A stretch of DNA of 64,000 nt. It comes from Cladosporium halotolerans (lineage: Eukaryota). Location of the stretch: positions 1-64,000 of the forward strand of contig NW_027191479.1 in assembly GCF_011745625.1 (NCBI RefSeq). The letters are read 5' to 3'. Positions 22,715-33,846 of the stretch are shown here, in pieces (within the stretch, counting starts at the first letter, position 1; each line of letters begins with the position of its first letter). A program made the position numbers and the translations under genes. The notes beneath the pieces were generated by a model. The model saw nothing but the letters and a program-made list of their open reading frames with translations. It was not told the origin of the DNA and ran no database searches.

Positions 22715-23953
22715 ATGCCACCCTCCACCCTCAAGTCGAAAACCTCCGTCGTCTTCCTCATCTCCCTCGTCATCCTGGCACTCAGCATCTTCGCACCAAC
22801 AACCATCCTCCCCCGCCTCCGCCTCCTCACATCCCACTTCCGACCCTTCACCACCACCACCACAACAACCGCAACCATGGCCTCCTCCGGCCCCTACGCC
22901 CACGAGCTCAACGTCGCCCTCCTCGCCGTCCAGCGCGCCACCCTCCTCACCAAATCCGTCTTCCACTCCCACGCCAAAGGCACCCTGAGCAAAAACGACG
23001 CCTCCCCCGTCACAATCGGCGACTTCGGCGCGCAAGCCCTCATCATCGCCGCCCTCCAGCACGCCTTCCCCAACGACCAAATCGTCGCCGAAGAAGAAGC
23101 CAAAGACCTGCGCGAAAACGAGCAGCTCCGCAACACAGTCTGGGACCTCGTGCAAGCCGCCAAGCTCTCCGACGCGACCTCCGAGCTCACCCTCGGCGGG
23201 CCCCTCGCCTCCCCAGACGCCATGCTCGACACCATCGACAAAGGCGCCTCGCAGGGCGGCCGCGCCGGCCGCATCTGGGCCCTCGACCCAATCGACGGCA
23301 CCAAGGGCTTCCTGCGCGGCGGCCAGTACGCCGTCTGCCTCGCGCTCATGGTCGACGGCCACGTGCGCGTCGGCGTCCTCGGCCTCCCCAACCTGCCCGA
23401 GAGCGACGCCGAGCCGCTCGTCGAAGGCATCGGCGCCGAGCAGACGGACGCGGACGGCAAGGGCGTGCTGATCTCCGCCGTCGAGGGGCAAGGCGCGCAG
23501 TCGCGGGCGCTGACGCGGGGGCCGCTGGCCTCCCCGCACAGCATCCAGATGAAGCCGCTCGCGCGCGTGAGCGACGCGACGTTCTGCGAGAGCGTCGAGG
23601 CGGCGCACAGCGACCAGTCGGACAGCGCGCGCATCGCGGCCGCGCTGGGGATTTCCAAGCCCAGCGTGCGCATGGACAGCCAGGCCAAGTACGGGTCCAT
23701 CGCGCGCGGCGCGGGCGACCTGTACCTGCGCCTGCCGGTGCGGAAGGACTACGTGGAGAAGATCTGGGACCACGCGGCGGGGGATTTGATTGTGAGGGAG
23801 GCTGGGGGTGAGGTGACGGATGTGGAGGGGAAGAGGTTGGATTTTGGGCTGGGGAGGACGCTGAAGGCGAACAAGGGCGTGGTGGCGGCGCCGAGGGGCG
23901 TGCATGGGGAGGTGTTGGGGGTTGTGAAGAAGGTGCTGTCGGAGAAGAAGTAG
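22715..23953 (+). CDS. MET22: 3'(2'),5'-bisphosphate nucleotidase (Hal2/Met22); conserved part begins at ATG 22877
   Basis: SPVTIGDFGAQA, IVAEEE, WALDPIDGTKGFLRGGQYAVCLAL, RMDSQAKYGSIARG, EKIWDHAAG. An in-frame upstream ATG at 22715 adds 54 aa. Confidence 0.93.
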   Translation: MPPSTLKSKTSVVFLISLVILALSIFAPTTILPRLRLLTSHFRPFTTTTTTTATMASSGPYAHELNVALLAVQRATLLTKSVFHSHAKGTLSKNDASPVTIGDFGAQALIIAALQHAFPNDQIVAEEEAKDLRENEQLRNTVWDLVQAAKLSDATSELTLGGPLASPDAMLDTIDKGASQGGRAGRIWALDPIDGTKGFLRGGQYAVCLALMVDGHVRVGVLGLPNLPESDAEPLVEGIGAEQTDADGKGVLISAVEGQGAQSRALTRGPLASPHSIQMKPLARVSDATFCESVEAAHSDQSDSARIAAALGISKPSVRMDSQAKYGSIARGAGDLYLRLPVRKDYVEKIWDHAAGDLIVREAGGEVTDVEGKRLDFGLGRTLKANKGVVAAPRGVHGEVLGVVKKVLSEKK

Positions 23954-24168
23954 AGTGGAGGTTGGGGTTGGATCTGTGGGCTGGAGGGGGAAGTGACCCG
24001 GTGCCTTTTGAGGTCGTAAGGTATGAGATGTGTACATAAGGACGGACGGACGATAGATGGACCGCGACCATAGAACGAGAAACAGAGAGCAACCGAAAAG
24101 TTCGTTGCCTAGCCCAATCCCCACCGAAACGCCCAAACCCCCAAAGAAAACCCATAAAATACACCAAA

Positions 24169-26293
24169 TCACGTATCCCCATCACGCCTCCCTTTCCCCA
24201 ATCCCAACCTCCTCCTCAAAACCCCCCACCGATTCCTCACCCCAATCCTCTCCTCCTCCTTCACACTCGCCCTCCCACCCCCAAGCACCTCCAGCGTAAC
24301 ACTCCTCAACCCACCCTCCCCATCCTCCCCAGCAGGAACCCTCTCCTGCACGCCCGGAATCCACCCCCAGCTCACGCCCGCCCCGAGCGCCATGAAGCCC
24401 GCGAAAACATAGATCATCTTGCCCAGCGCCATCGAGTTCGGATCCTTGATGCCGCCGCCCTCGAAGAACAGGAACGCGAGCTGCACGCACACCGCGCCCA
24501 GCTTGCCCGCGGCGGCCGCCAGGCCGTAGCAGAAGCAGCGGTAGCGCGTGGGGAAGATCTCGGCGGGGACGATGAAGGTCAGCGTGTTGGGGCCGAGGGC
24601 GAAGCCGAATTGCACGAGGGCGTAGAAGATGACGAGGGCGTGGTGGGAGTGCGAGTGGAAGAGGAAGTGGAAGAGGAGGGCGAGGACGAGGAGGGCGAGG
24701 GCGAGCAGGGCGAAGGAGGCGATCATGGCGCGGCGGCGGTCGATGCGGTTGATGAGGGCGATGACGGCCAGGGCGCCGGTGATGCTGGCGATGCTGGTGG
24801 TGAGGGTTGTGTTCTTTGCGTTGGCCAGCAGGACTTGTCGGATCGTGCCGGTGTCGCCGTAGGGGGAGTTGAGGAGCCAGGAGGGCGTGGAGGGCTGGTT
24901 GGGTTTGGGGGAGGAGGTCCAGAGTTTTGCCATTGTGCCGGGGTTGTTGAAGCCGAGGCCGTACTGGAAGGTGCGTTAGTAGGGTGAGGGGGGGGAAACG
25001 AGTGGGATGTACTTACGAAAGCGAAGTCGAGGAGGAACCAGGCGATGGAGGTGCCGGCGAGGTAGCGCCAGTTGCCTTCTTTGATGAAGTAGGTGTGCAT
25101 TTCGGTGTAGGAGAATTGGTTGTAGTCGTTGTCTTCGTCAGGGTCGGGGATTTCCCACATTTCGTCTTCATTTGATCCGATGGAGGACCGTCCAAATTCA
25201 CCGAAAGATGCGTCGGGTACGGAGGTCCTGCCGGTGAGTTGAGGCATCAAGTCTGGCGCGATGCGATCTTCTTGGGTCTGCTCTGAACCGCCTGCCTCGA
25301 GTGCAAAATCACTCAGCTCGGTTGCTTCTGATTCCATGGCGGCTTGCTCCTCGTACACTTTGCGCGTGTCTTTCAACGCGGTCCGGGCATCCTGCTTTAC
25401 GTCGTATGTATAGCGTCCAGACTCCGGAATGGTCCAGCGGAAAAGGATGGCGACGAGGGCAGGGACGGCTCCCACGCCGACGACGATTCGCCATAATATA
25501 TCGATGCCGATTTTGGCATTGTCGATCTCGTTTCTATCGGTCGTCAAAATTCCAACGTCTAAATTGTAATCGCGACTGAGACCCTTGAGTGCAGCCATGG
25601 CAATCGCCCAAGCAAAGAGCTGGCCGATGGGTTGCATGATGAAAACAGCAGCCATCATGCGGCCTCGAGATTGGGTCGCAGCCCACTCAGCGGTGATGCA
25701 GGCGCTGAGGGGATATTCAGCACCTTGAAATGGTTAGCTGTCTGAGGTGAAAGTTAAAATTTGGACAGTGCCGTCCTACCAATGCCGATTCCCATGACGA
25801 ACTTCCAAGCCATGATCCAGCTGTCGGCGCGCATCGAAGAGACATCCTGGGCGTGGTTCATCCATCCGACGGAGCTCTGGGCAAGTCCAATTGTGCTGAA
25901 AATGACGATCATCAATTCAATGCCGTAGAGCCGCTGTCGGCCATATTTGTCGGCAAGGAAGCCGAAGATGACCTGGCCCACACATGACCCGGCTAAAGTG
26001 AGAGCGTTGATGGTGATCTCTATGTTGGCCTCGTGCTCGGCGCCCCAGTAGACAAAAGCCAGACAGGGCAGGATGATGTTGGAGGCGAACAGGTTGTACG
26101 AGTCGGTGAAGAAGCCGGTGGCGGCGACGGCCCAGACCTGCCAGTTGAAGCCATGCTCGTCAATAATGGAGACCAGCTGCTTGCGCTGGCCTGCGATGGT
26201 CGGGATGTGGCCGGTATACTTGGCGGGATTGAAGGGCCACGCACGCTCCTGGAGATGGAGGTGGTGGCGCGAGTGCCTCGGCACTTTCGGCAT
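24169..26293 (-). CDS. PHO84: MFS H+/inorganic phosphate symporter (Pho84-like), ~671 aa, 3 exons
   Basis: Exons 26293-25780, 25723-25017, 24963-24169. Motifs GFFTDSYNLF, ADKYGRQRLYGIEL, spliced GIGIGAEYPLSACITAEW, TIPESGRYT, WFLLDFAFYGLGFN, GPNTLTFIVPAEIFPTRYR, AAAGKLGA. Confidence 0.9.
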
Positions 26294-26504
26294 GGTCGCG
26301 TGAGCAGCGATCTTCACAGTCCGCACCGGCGGGCGATAGAGTGACTCGCAAGCACCCTCCGCCGGCGCTGCATCGCACAGGGATTTGAGGAGACGGTGGA
26401 GTCGGAGGATGTAGCAGAGCTTAAGCGAGACGGACGAGAAAATGAGACGGGACAGGCGCGGGCGGGCACGAGAAGGCGAGGCAGGGTCTCTGGCGGCAGA
26501 TGGG

Positions 26505-26990
26505 CGAGGCTGCTGAGGCTGCTGAGGCTGCTTCAGCCCTGCGGCGTTGCAGCGCGTCCGGATGAGGCATGAGCCCACGTGCTCAGCAGAGCGGCGCCCG
26601 ATGAGGCATGAGCGCACGTGCTCACGGAAGTGTGAGAGGCGTGGACGGCACAGGCCGCGCGCTCCCACCCGCCCGGCACCGGGAGATGGCATTCATGGGC
26701 GCGTTGTCAGGCATCCGCCGGCATCCAGGCACACAGGTGGGCTGTCAGGCATCCGCCGGCATCCAGGCACACTGGCACCGGTAAGACTCACACTGCCTAT
26801 CCTCGCGCTCTCGCGTTCAGGCTCGCATCCGGCAGCGGCATCCTGCCGGGCATCCTGCCGAGGCACGTGCCGAAGTGGGCGTCGTATGGCAGCGAGTGGC
26901 GCTCCTACAGCAGAGTGGGCGCCTGAGCGTCGTGTGGCAGCGAGTAGCGCTGCTAGAGCACTGCTAAAGCACTGCTAGAGTGGGCGCCTG
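26505..26990. repeat. Series of short local direct duplications
   Basis: (GGCTGCTGA)n near 26507-26532. 25-nt repeat at 26561-26585 / 26600-26624 (1 mismatch). Perfect 30-nt repeat at 26705-26734 / 26743-26772. 34-nt repeat at 26879-26912 / 26927-26960 (4 mismatches). Confidence 0.85.
26561..26869. promoter_or_regulatory. Cluster of three CACGTG E-boxes (putative Pho4/NUC-1/PalcA sites) upstream of the phosphate transporter
   Basis: CACGTG at 26576-26581, 26615-26620 and 26864-26869, about 280-570 bp upstream of the PHO84-like ATG (26293). Confidence 0.65.
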
Positions 26991-27702
26991 GTGGGCGGCC
27001 GGAGTGGCCCAATGGAGCCACTACCAAGTCGGCTTCAGCTAGCGGCGCAAGGCCTGTTGGCGGTAGATGTTGGCCGCGCGCAGTGGCAGGGTAGCATGGG
27101 TAGCATTAGTAGCATTGATCTTGTCCGCGGCGGTCGGGTGTCCGCCAGTCGTAGCCAGTGCCCGCCGACACGCGTTTTTCTGCTTCGCCCAGCCTCGCTC
27201 TCTCGCCCTCTTGCCCTGCCCTCCGAGCCCTCCAAGCAATCCCAAGCCTCGACTGCCCAGCGCGACAAACGGCCGCTCGTCTTCAGCGCTGCCTCGCGCG
27301 CCCACAGCTGCAGATCGCCGCCGCGGCCTCCGCCCATCGTCATACGCTGCTCATCTGCCCATCCTCGCAGCACGCAACCGCCCTCCGACCCGGCAGCCGC
27401 CCAGCAAGCCTCGTCGCCCTGCCGCACCCGCCCTGCCGCCGCAGCTTGTTCGTCCTCCCAAGCCCTACCGCGCCTCGCTACCTGCCTCGCCTTCCGATGC
27501 CCTCCCTCCCTCCCCCAAACCTTCCCTCCATATCGCTCTCCACATATACACGCTGCCACCGAGCCATGTTGACCCTGAGTGAAGATCGCTGTTGCGCCAT
27601 CCGCCCCGGCCCTTAACTCTATCTCAATCTTCACGACTCACCGCCATCGCCCTCTCTTCGGATCAAGCTTAAGCTCCGGCCCGGCACTGGCTACTGCCAG
27701 TC

Positions 27703-29706
27703 ATGACGACAGGCTTTGGTTTCAGCATCTACGAGCTCTTCAAGTCCTCCACCAAGTGCGCCCAGGCCTACCGAGCATTTGCCAGCGAGTACGGCAACGC
27801 CTCGCCCCAGTTCGCCGCCTTCCGCGATGAGCTCGAACGCGTCGACCAGGCCTTGAGACTGCAAGAGCCCATCAATGCCTGGACTGGCCAAGAGTACACT
27901 GGTTCCGTCGTCTTCCGTGGAGTCCTGGACGAGAGCCGTCACTTTGCCGAGAAGCAACGCCGCATTGTCGACAAAGGCATTGCGAGCGGAGGGAACGAGA
28001 GCCTGGCTGGCTTGCTGCAATCTGCTCTTGCCGCCTTCGAGTCAACCCTACCAAGACTGCAAGACCGTGTGGTCCACAACCGCGTTGGCCTCCTCACCTT
28101 CAACGTCACACTTGTGCTGCAGAAGTCGTTCGATGTCGACAGCCACTCCACTTTGTCTGACTTGCAACAGTCCGTTGCTGCCTCTGGCCTTTCTCACGAG
28201 CGCTCGACCTACGTTGAGCAACTCTTGAGGAAGCTGTCCAACATCGGCTCTTCCTATCTTCAGCTGAACGATGACGCCAAGCAGGCTCCGGGCTCTCACC
28301 CAGCGAAACCAGACACCCTCGACAGCGAGTTCGAGGGTTGCATCGCATCTGTGTGTGCCTTGATTGGCCTCGCTCCTCATTACCTGGAATCTATTCCGGT
28401 ATTCTCCTTCGCTGAAGACTTTTCCGATGACTGGTGGCACAATATCGTGCAGAGTGCATCACAGATCTCAAGAGCGCCAGAGAACTTGACGTCTGAGCAG
28501 CGCATCGAGCGTGGATGCCGGGTGAAGGTCACCATCGAAGGGTCCTCCTTCGTTGCTCACAGCTACCTCCTCTTCAGACGATGTGTCTACTGGCGCAACG
28601 AGCAGGGCAACGTTGTCTTGGAGCACAGACTGGCGCAGTCGACGCGCAAGTGCTTCCCCTACACTTTTCCCCAGCTGCTCAACAGGCCACTTGCTCTTTC
28701 CTTCTTAGAGCTGCAAGACTTGAAGATCAAGTCTGGCAAAGACCGAGCCCTGGCATGCAAGCCGCGCTACACCTTCTTGACCAAGAAGGATTGCGATACG
28801 TTCCAGAACGACGTCCGCGCACGTGAACTTGTTCATGAGTGCTATACAAGTACCATCACGCACAAGAATTCACGTGGGGCAGCTGCGCACAACGAGTGCG
28901 TCAAGGTCTGGGGTCCGCCCGCCAGCAGCGTCGAACGCTCAATATCATTCCCGGCGGTCTTCAGCGCTACGACCAAGAACTACGAATTCCCACTCAAGTG
29001 GTTCACTCCGCCCGCCACGCCTGTGCGCTCTACGACTGTCCGTCTGGAACTGACCAAAGAGCCGGGTCGTGCTACCGAGAACACCAACGCAGACAAGCCT
29101 TCCAGCTTGAGGTCGAGCCTGAGGTTCATGCGCCGCACGACATCATCAGCACCAGCCAACCCTACAACGAGCATCCCTAGCAATGCCAGTATACGCTCCG
29201 TCAGTACGAACATGGCCAATTCCTCTTACGCGCCGCGTGAACTAGTCGACCGTCTGGGCTACATCGAATTCAAATTCGCCAACATCACCGAAGCGGCAGA
29301 CTTCGCCGTGGCAGTGTCAAACCCGTTCGGAGCAGCAACCCCAGCCACTTGGAGCAGCGCACCCTCATTGTACGCATCGAGCTCTCCGTCCATGTCTTCG
29401 GCCGCATGGCCTTCGTCTCCCCTCAGCTTCCAAAGCAACCCGGGCCAGACTCAGACCAACCCCGCGAACGCCCACGGCCCAAGCCCGATGAGCCCGACCG
29501 GCCTGATGCAACTACCGGACGCTGCTATGGACAAGCCCACGTCCGTCACAGAGCAACCAGCTGAGCACTTCGACCTGCCTCAAGCTGGTCTCGGAGGACT
29601 CATGATCAAAGGCGAAGAAGGCATGGACTTCAGCCTGCCTTCTGAGGCTCTGACTCCAAGCAGTCTGCTGCGTGACGCCAGCCGCAGCAGAAGCCAGGCC
29701 TGGTAA
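27703..29706 (+). CDS. Uncharacterised 667-aa protein: N-terminal SesA/HeLo-like helical domain, central PH-like region, low-complexity tail
   Basis: Long single ORF with coding-like codon usage. The start MTTGFGFSIYELF..AYRAFASEYGNASPQFAAFRDEL resembles fungal FGFS-start SesA/HeLo-like N-termini. Domain assignments are from pattern memory only. Confidence 0.8.
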   Translation: MTTGFGFSIYELFKSSTKCAQAYRAFASEYGNASPQFAAFRDELERVDQALRLQEPINAWTGQEYTGSVVFRGVLDESRHFAEKQRRIVDKGIASGGNESLAGLLQSALAAFESTLPRLQDRVVHNRVGLLTFNVTLVLQKSFDVDSHSTLSDLQQSVAASGLSHERSTYVEQLLRKLSNIGSSYLQLNDDAKQAPGSHPAKPDTLDSEFEGCIASVCALIGLAPHYLESIPVFSFAEDFSDDWWHNIVQSASQISRAPENLTSEQRIERGCRVKVTIEGSSFVAHSYLLFRRCVYWRNEQGNVVLEHRLAQSTRKCFPYTFPQLLNRPLALSFLELQDLKIKSGKDRALACKPRYTFLTKKDCDTFQNDVRARELVHECYTSTITHKNSRGAAAHNECVKVWGPPASSVERSISFPAVFSATTKNYEFPLKWFTPPATPVRSTTVRLELTKEPGRATENTNADKPSSLRSSLRFMRRTTSSAPANPTTSIPSNASIRSVSTNMANSSYAPRELVDRLGYIEFKFANITEAADFAVAVSNPFGAATPATWSSAPSLYASSSPSMSSAAWPSSPLSFQSNPGQTQTNPANAHGPSPMSPTGLMQLPDAAMDKPTSVTEQPAEHFDLPQAGLGGLMIKGEEGMDFSLPSEALTPSSLLRDASRSRSQAW

Positions 29707-30325
29707 AGCTGCGATCTCCTTCGGCATCGTGCCTGCACAACATCTCACGCATTTGATGTCCCTCGCGATTCATTTCCATAGCTTAGCAAGGCGTTCGGGA
29801 GGACGGTGTTGCATGCTCGCTGATTTTGCTTTGTTTACTTGCTTTCCTCGATCTTTCTTTACTTCATGATACCAATGCGCCAGCGTAATGATACCTCTCT
29901 AGCTCTCGAATATGTAGCTCTGTTTATCCGAAATCACTTCACAAACGCTCTGACCCAGATTGGCTAATTTTTTCCTTTTTTTCTGACGTGGTTGCCATGG
30001 CACCCAGGGGCTAATTGATGCACCGAATGTTCTGCGTAGACAGAATTCTCTGACGGAGCGTCAGCCTTGTTCGGAAATCTCGTGGCCTTCATTTGAAGAT
30101 TCGGCCAGCGGTGCCCACTCAGCTCGCCCGCTAAGCAGAAGCGACGCCCAAGCTAGAAGACCCTGCTCTCGGCAAAGATGCCCCCGCGCCGTCATGCCCT
30201 GCTTTTTTCCTCGCCCAGCGAAGAATATTTGAACTTCACGGCCGGCCCGCGCCCTCCTTGCTTCTCTACGCATCTCTTTCCTTTTTGATACCCTTTTCGT
30301 TTTCTTGCCTCATCCTACCGCAAAG

Positions 30326-33300
30326 ATGGATGAGCAGGAGTTCGTCGCGCTGCTGCAGGCGCTCGTGGAGCCTGACACCCAAAAGGTGAAGGCGGCCACC
30401 AGCCAGCTCAACAAGACCTACTACACCTCTCCGCAGTCCCTGACTGCCCTCATCCACATCCTCACGTCCAACGACAACCCTACCCTCCGTCAGCTTGCTT
30501 CCGTCGAGGCTCGCAAGCTCGTCGCCAAGCACTGGGCCGCTATTCCCGAGAACCAGAAGCCCGGGCTTAGGGACTCTCTGCTCCAGAGCACCACCAACGA
30601 GGAGCAGCAGCTCGCTCGTCACAGCAAGGCTCGCGTCGTCGCGGCTATTGCCAAGTTCGACCTCGAGGATGGACAATGGGGCGAGCTTCCTGGCATCCTC
30701 CAGCAGGCTGCAACCAGCAACGAGGCCAGGCACCGTGAGGTCGGCCTCTACATCATCTACACCCTCCTCGAGGCCTCCCCGGATACCTTCCAGGACAGCA
30801 TGTCTCAGATGCTGCAGCTGTTCAACAAGACCATCCAGGACCCGGAGTCCGTCGAGGTCCGCACCAACACCATGCTCGCGCTTTCCGAGCTCGTCATGGT
30901 CCTCGACACCGATGAGGATGTCCAGGCCCTGAAGAGTTTCCAGAACACTATTCCTAGCATGGTCAAGGTGCTCCAGCAGGCTATTCAGGACAACGACGAG
31001 GAGCACGCCATGCAGGCCTTCGACGTTTTCAACAGGCTGCTCTCTTACGAGTCTGCCTTCCTCGCCGCCCACTTCGGCGACCTTCTCCAGTTCTTCATGC
31101 AGGTCGCTGCCAACAACGAGGCCGACGACGACTTCCGTAGCCAGGCTCTTGCCTTCCTCATGCAGTCCGTCCGCTACCGCAAGCTGAAGGTCCAGAGCCT
31201 GAAGGTCGGTGAGCAGATGACCAAGCTCTGCCTGCAGCTCGCCACTGAGCTCGGCGACCTCAGCCCTGACGACGACGACATCTCCCCGGCTCGCAGCGCC
31301 CTCGGTCTCCTCGACATCATGTCCGAGTCCCTGCCGCCCAGCCAGGTCGCCGTGCCTCTTCTCCAGGCTCTCGGTCCGTACGTTCAGAACTCCAACCCTG
31401 ACTACAGGCGTGCTGGTATCTTGGCCCTCGGCATGTGCGTTGAGGGTGCCCCCGACTTCATCGCTACCCAGCTGAATGAGATCCTTCCTCTCGTTCTCCA
31501 CCTGCTCGAGGACCAGTCTGTCCGCGTCAGGAGCGCCGCCCTCAACGGTGTCTCCCGTCTTGCGGACGACCTCTCCGAGGACATGGGCAAGGAGCACTCT
31601 CGTCTCCTCCCGGCTCTGATCAAGAACTTCGATCTCGCCATCCAGGGCATGCAGTCCACCCAGCCCGAGTCTGACGAGCACGAGGAGAACGTCAACATCC
31701 TCAAGGCCAGCTGCATGGCCGTCGACTCTCTCATCGAGGGCCTCGACCAGTCCGACGCCGCTGTCTACGTCAACGAGCTCGTCCCCCGCTTCAGCACTCT
31801 CTTCACCCACAGCGACCACAAGGTCCAGATGGCCGCTGCTTCCGCCGTTGGCTCCATCGCCTCTGCCTCTGAGGGTGCCTTCAAGCCCTACTTTGACAAG
31901 ACCATGCAGAGCCTCGGCCAGTACATCAACATCAAGGATTCCGAGGACGAGCTCGAGCTCCGTAGCATGGTCGTCGACTCCCTCGGCAAGATCGCCAGCG
32001 CCGTTGGTGCCGAGGACTTCCAGCGTTTCGTCGAGCCTCTCATGCGCTCTTCCGTCGAGGGTCTCCACCTTGACAACCAGCGCCTGAAAGAGACCAGCTT
32101 CATCCTGTGGTCTACCCTCGCTCGCGTCTACGAGGAGGACTTTGCTCCCTTCCTCGAGGGTGTTGCTACTTCTCTCATCGAGTGCCTCGAGCAGGAGGAG
32201 ACCGACTCCGAGGTTCAGCTCGGTGCTGAGGCCTCTGACCTCGTTGGCCAGGAGATCACCATTGCCGGCCGCAAGATCAAGGTTGCGGGCGCTGGTGGCG
32301 TCAACGAGGACGACGATGTTGACGACTCCATCGTCGAGTCCCTCATGGACGGCGACGATGACGACGATGACGACGACTGGGACGACCTCGGCGCCGTCAC
32401 CGCCGTCGCCATGGAGAAGGAGATCGCCGTCGAGGTCATCGGCGACGTCCTCACCCACACCAAGAGCAAGTTCCTGCCCTACATGCAGAAGACCATCGAG
32501 ACCGTCCTCCCGCTGCTCGAGCACCCCTTCGAGGGTGTCCGCAAGTCCGCCATCGGCTCCAGCTGGCGCGCCTACGCCTGCCTGTGGGGCCTGGCCGAGG
32601 ACGCCGGCATGCAGAAGTGGCAGTCTGGCCTCCCGCTCAAGGTCAAGCCGTCTGAGGACCTTGAGAAGCTTGGCAACCTTGTCCTCACGGGCACTCTTGC
32701 CAAGTGGGAGGAGGAGATTGACAGGTACGTTTGTGACTTTTTCTCTCTTTATTTCTGGTTTCGTGACGTCGCTACCGGGATGAGAACACTTAAGTTTACC
32801 CAGCTCACTCATATGCTACGGCAAATGCTGCGAATACTTAGAGGCTGTTTCTGATATCTTGCGACTTTGATCACTTGTTCATGAGAATGTGACTTCTTCG
32901 AACACACGCTGACAGCCATTCCAGGGGTGTTATCACCGAGATCAACCGCAACGTCGCCGCCACCCTCAAACTCTGCGGCCCTGCCATCCTTGCCCCCAGC
33001 AGCGGCTCCAGCTCCACCCCTCTGGAGAAGATCGCCGCCCACCTCTGCCTCATCCTCGAGAAGCAGCACCCCTGCCAAAAGGACGAGGACGATTTCGAGG
33101 AGCTCGAGATCCCGGCCGAGGAGACCGCCGAGTACGACTGGCTCGTCATCGAGACCGCCATGGAGGTCATCGCCGGCCTCGCCGTCGCCCTCGGCGAGCA
33201 GTTCGGCGAGATGTGGAAGATGTTCGAGTCCCTCATCATCAAGTACTCCTCTTCCCAGGAGCGCTTCGAGCGCTCCGCCGCCGTCGGCACCATGGCCGAC

Positions 33301-33846
33301 TGCATCGAGGCCATGCGCGCCGGCTGCACGCCCCACACCAAGCGCTTCATGACCATCTTCGCCAAGCGCCTGCAGGACGAGGACCCGGAGACCAAGTCCA
33401 ACGCCTGCTTCGGCACCGGCCTGCTGTGCGCCCACTCCTCCGACGCCGAGCTCGCGAGCTCCTACGGCCCCATCCTGCAGACGCTCGAGCCCGTCCTCGA
33501 CCCCGCCGTCGCCGCCGGCAGCTCCGCCGACGACTCGCGCGCCCGCCTCGTCGACAACGCCGCCGGCTGCCTCGCGCGCATGGTCAAGGCGCGCCCGCAC
33601 GCCGTCCCCCTGCCCCAGGTCCTGCCGCGCCTCGTCGACCTGCTCCCGCTCAAGAACGACTTCCGCGAGAACGAGCCCGTCTTCGACATGCTCGTCGCCC
33701 TCTACCAGGCCGGCGAGCCGACCGTGCAGGGCTTGACCGGCCAGCTGATGCCGGTCCTCGAGAAGGTGCTTGGCCCGCCTGAGGAGCAGATTAGCGAGGC
33801 GACGAGGGGGAAGCTGCGGGAGTTGGTGGAGTACCTGAGGAAGTAG
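30326..33846 (+). CDS. KAP123: Importin beta-4 / karyopherin Kap123, ~1106 aa, 2 exons
   Basis: Exons 30326-32724 and 32925-33846. IBN_N-type start (LRQLASVEARKLV), HEAT repeats, GMCVEGAPDFIATQL, acidic loop then TAVAMEKEIAVEVIGD, LPLKNDFRENEPVF. Confidence 0.94.
32768..32865 (+). ncRNA. Intronic box C/D snoRNA with two LSU rRNA guides
   Basis: C box GGGATGA 32777-32783; guide ACCCAGCTCAC 32798-32808; degenerate D' CATA 32810-32813; C' ATGCTGC 32825-32831; guide TTAGAGGCTGTTT 32838-32850; D box CTGA 32851-32854; flanking stem GTCGC (32768-72) / GCGAC (32861-65). The guides are antisense to conserved LSU sequences GUGAGCUGGGU and GAACAGCCUCUAG. Confidence 0.85.

Noticed and set aside
22505..24185. 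555-aa, 279-aa and 268-aa minus-strand ORFs
   Set aside because: They overlap MET22 antisense in very GC-rich DNA, and the translations are low-complexity.
26561..26960. Spaced direct repeats resembling a CRISPR array
   Set aside because: Different repeat units with only two copies each, a eukaryotic context, and no cas genes.
30266..32812. 848-aa minus-strand ORF
   Set aside because: Antisense shadow of strongly codon-biased KAP123; no recognisable motifs.
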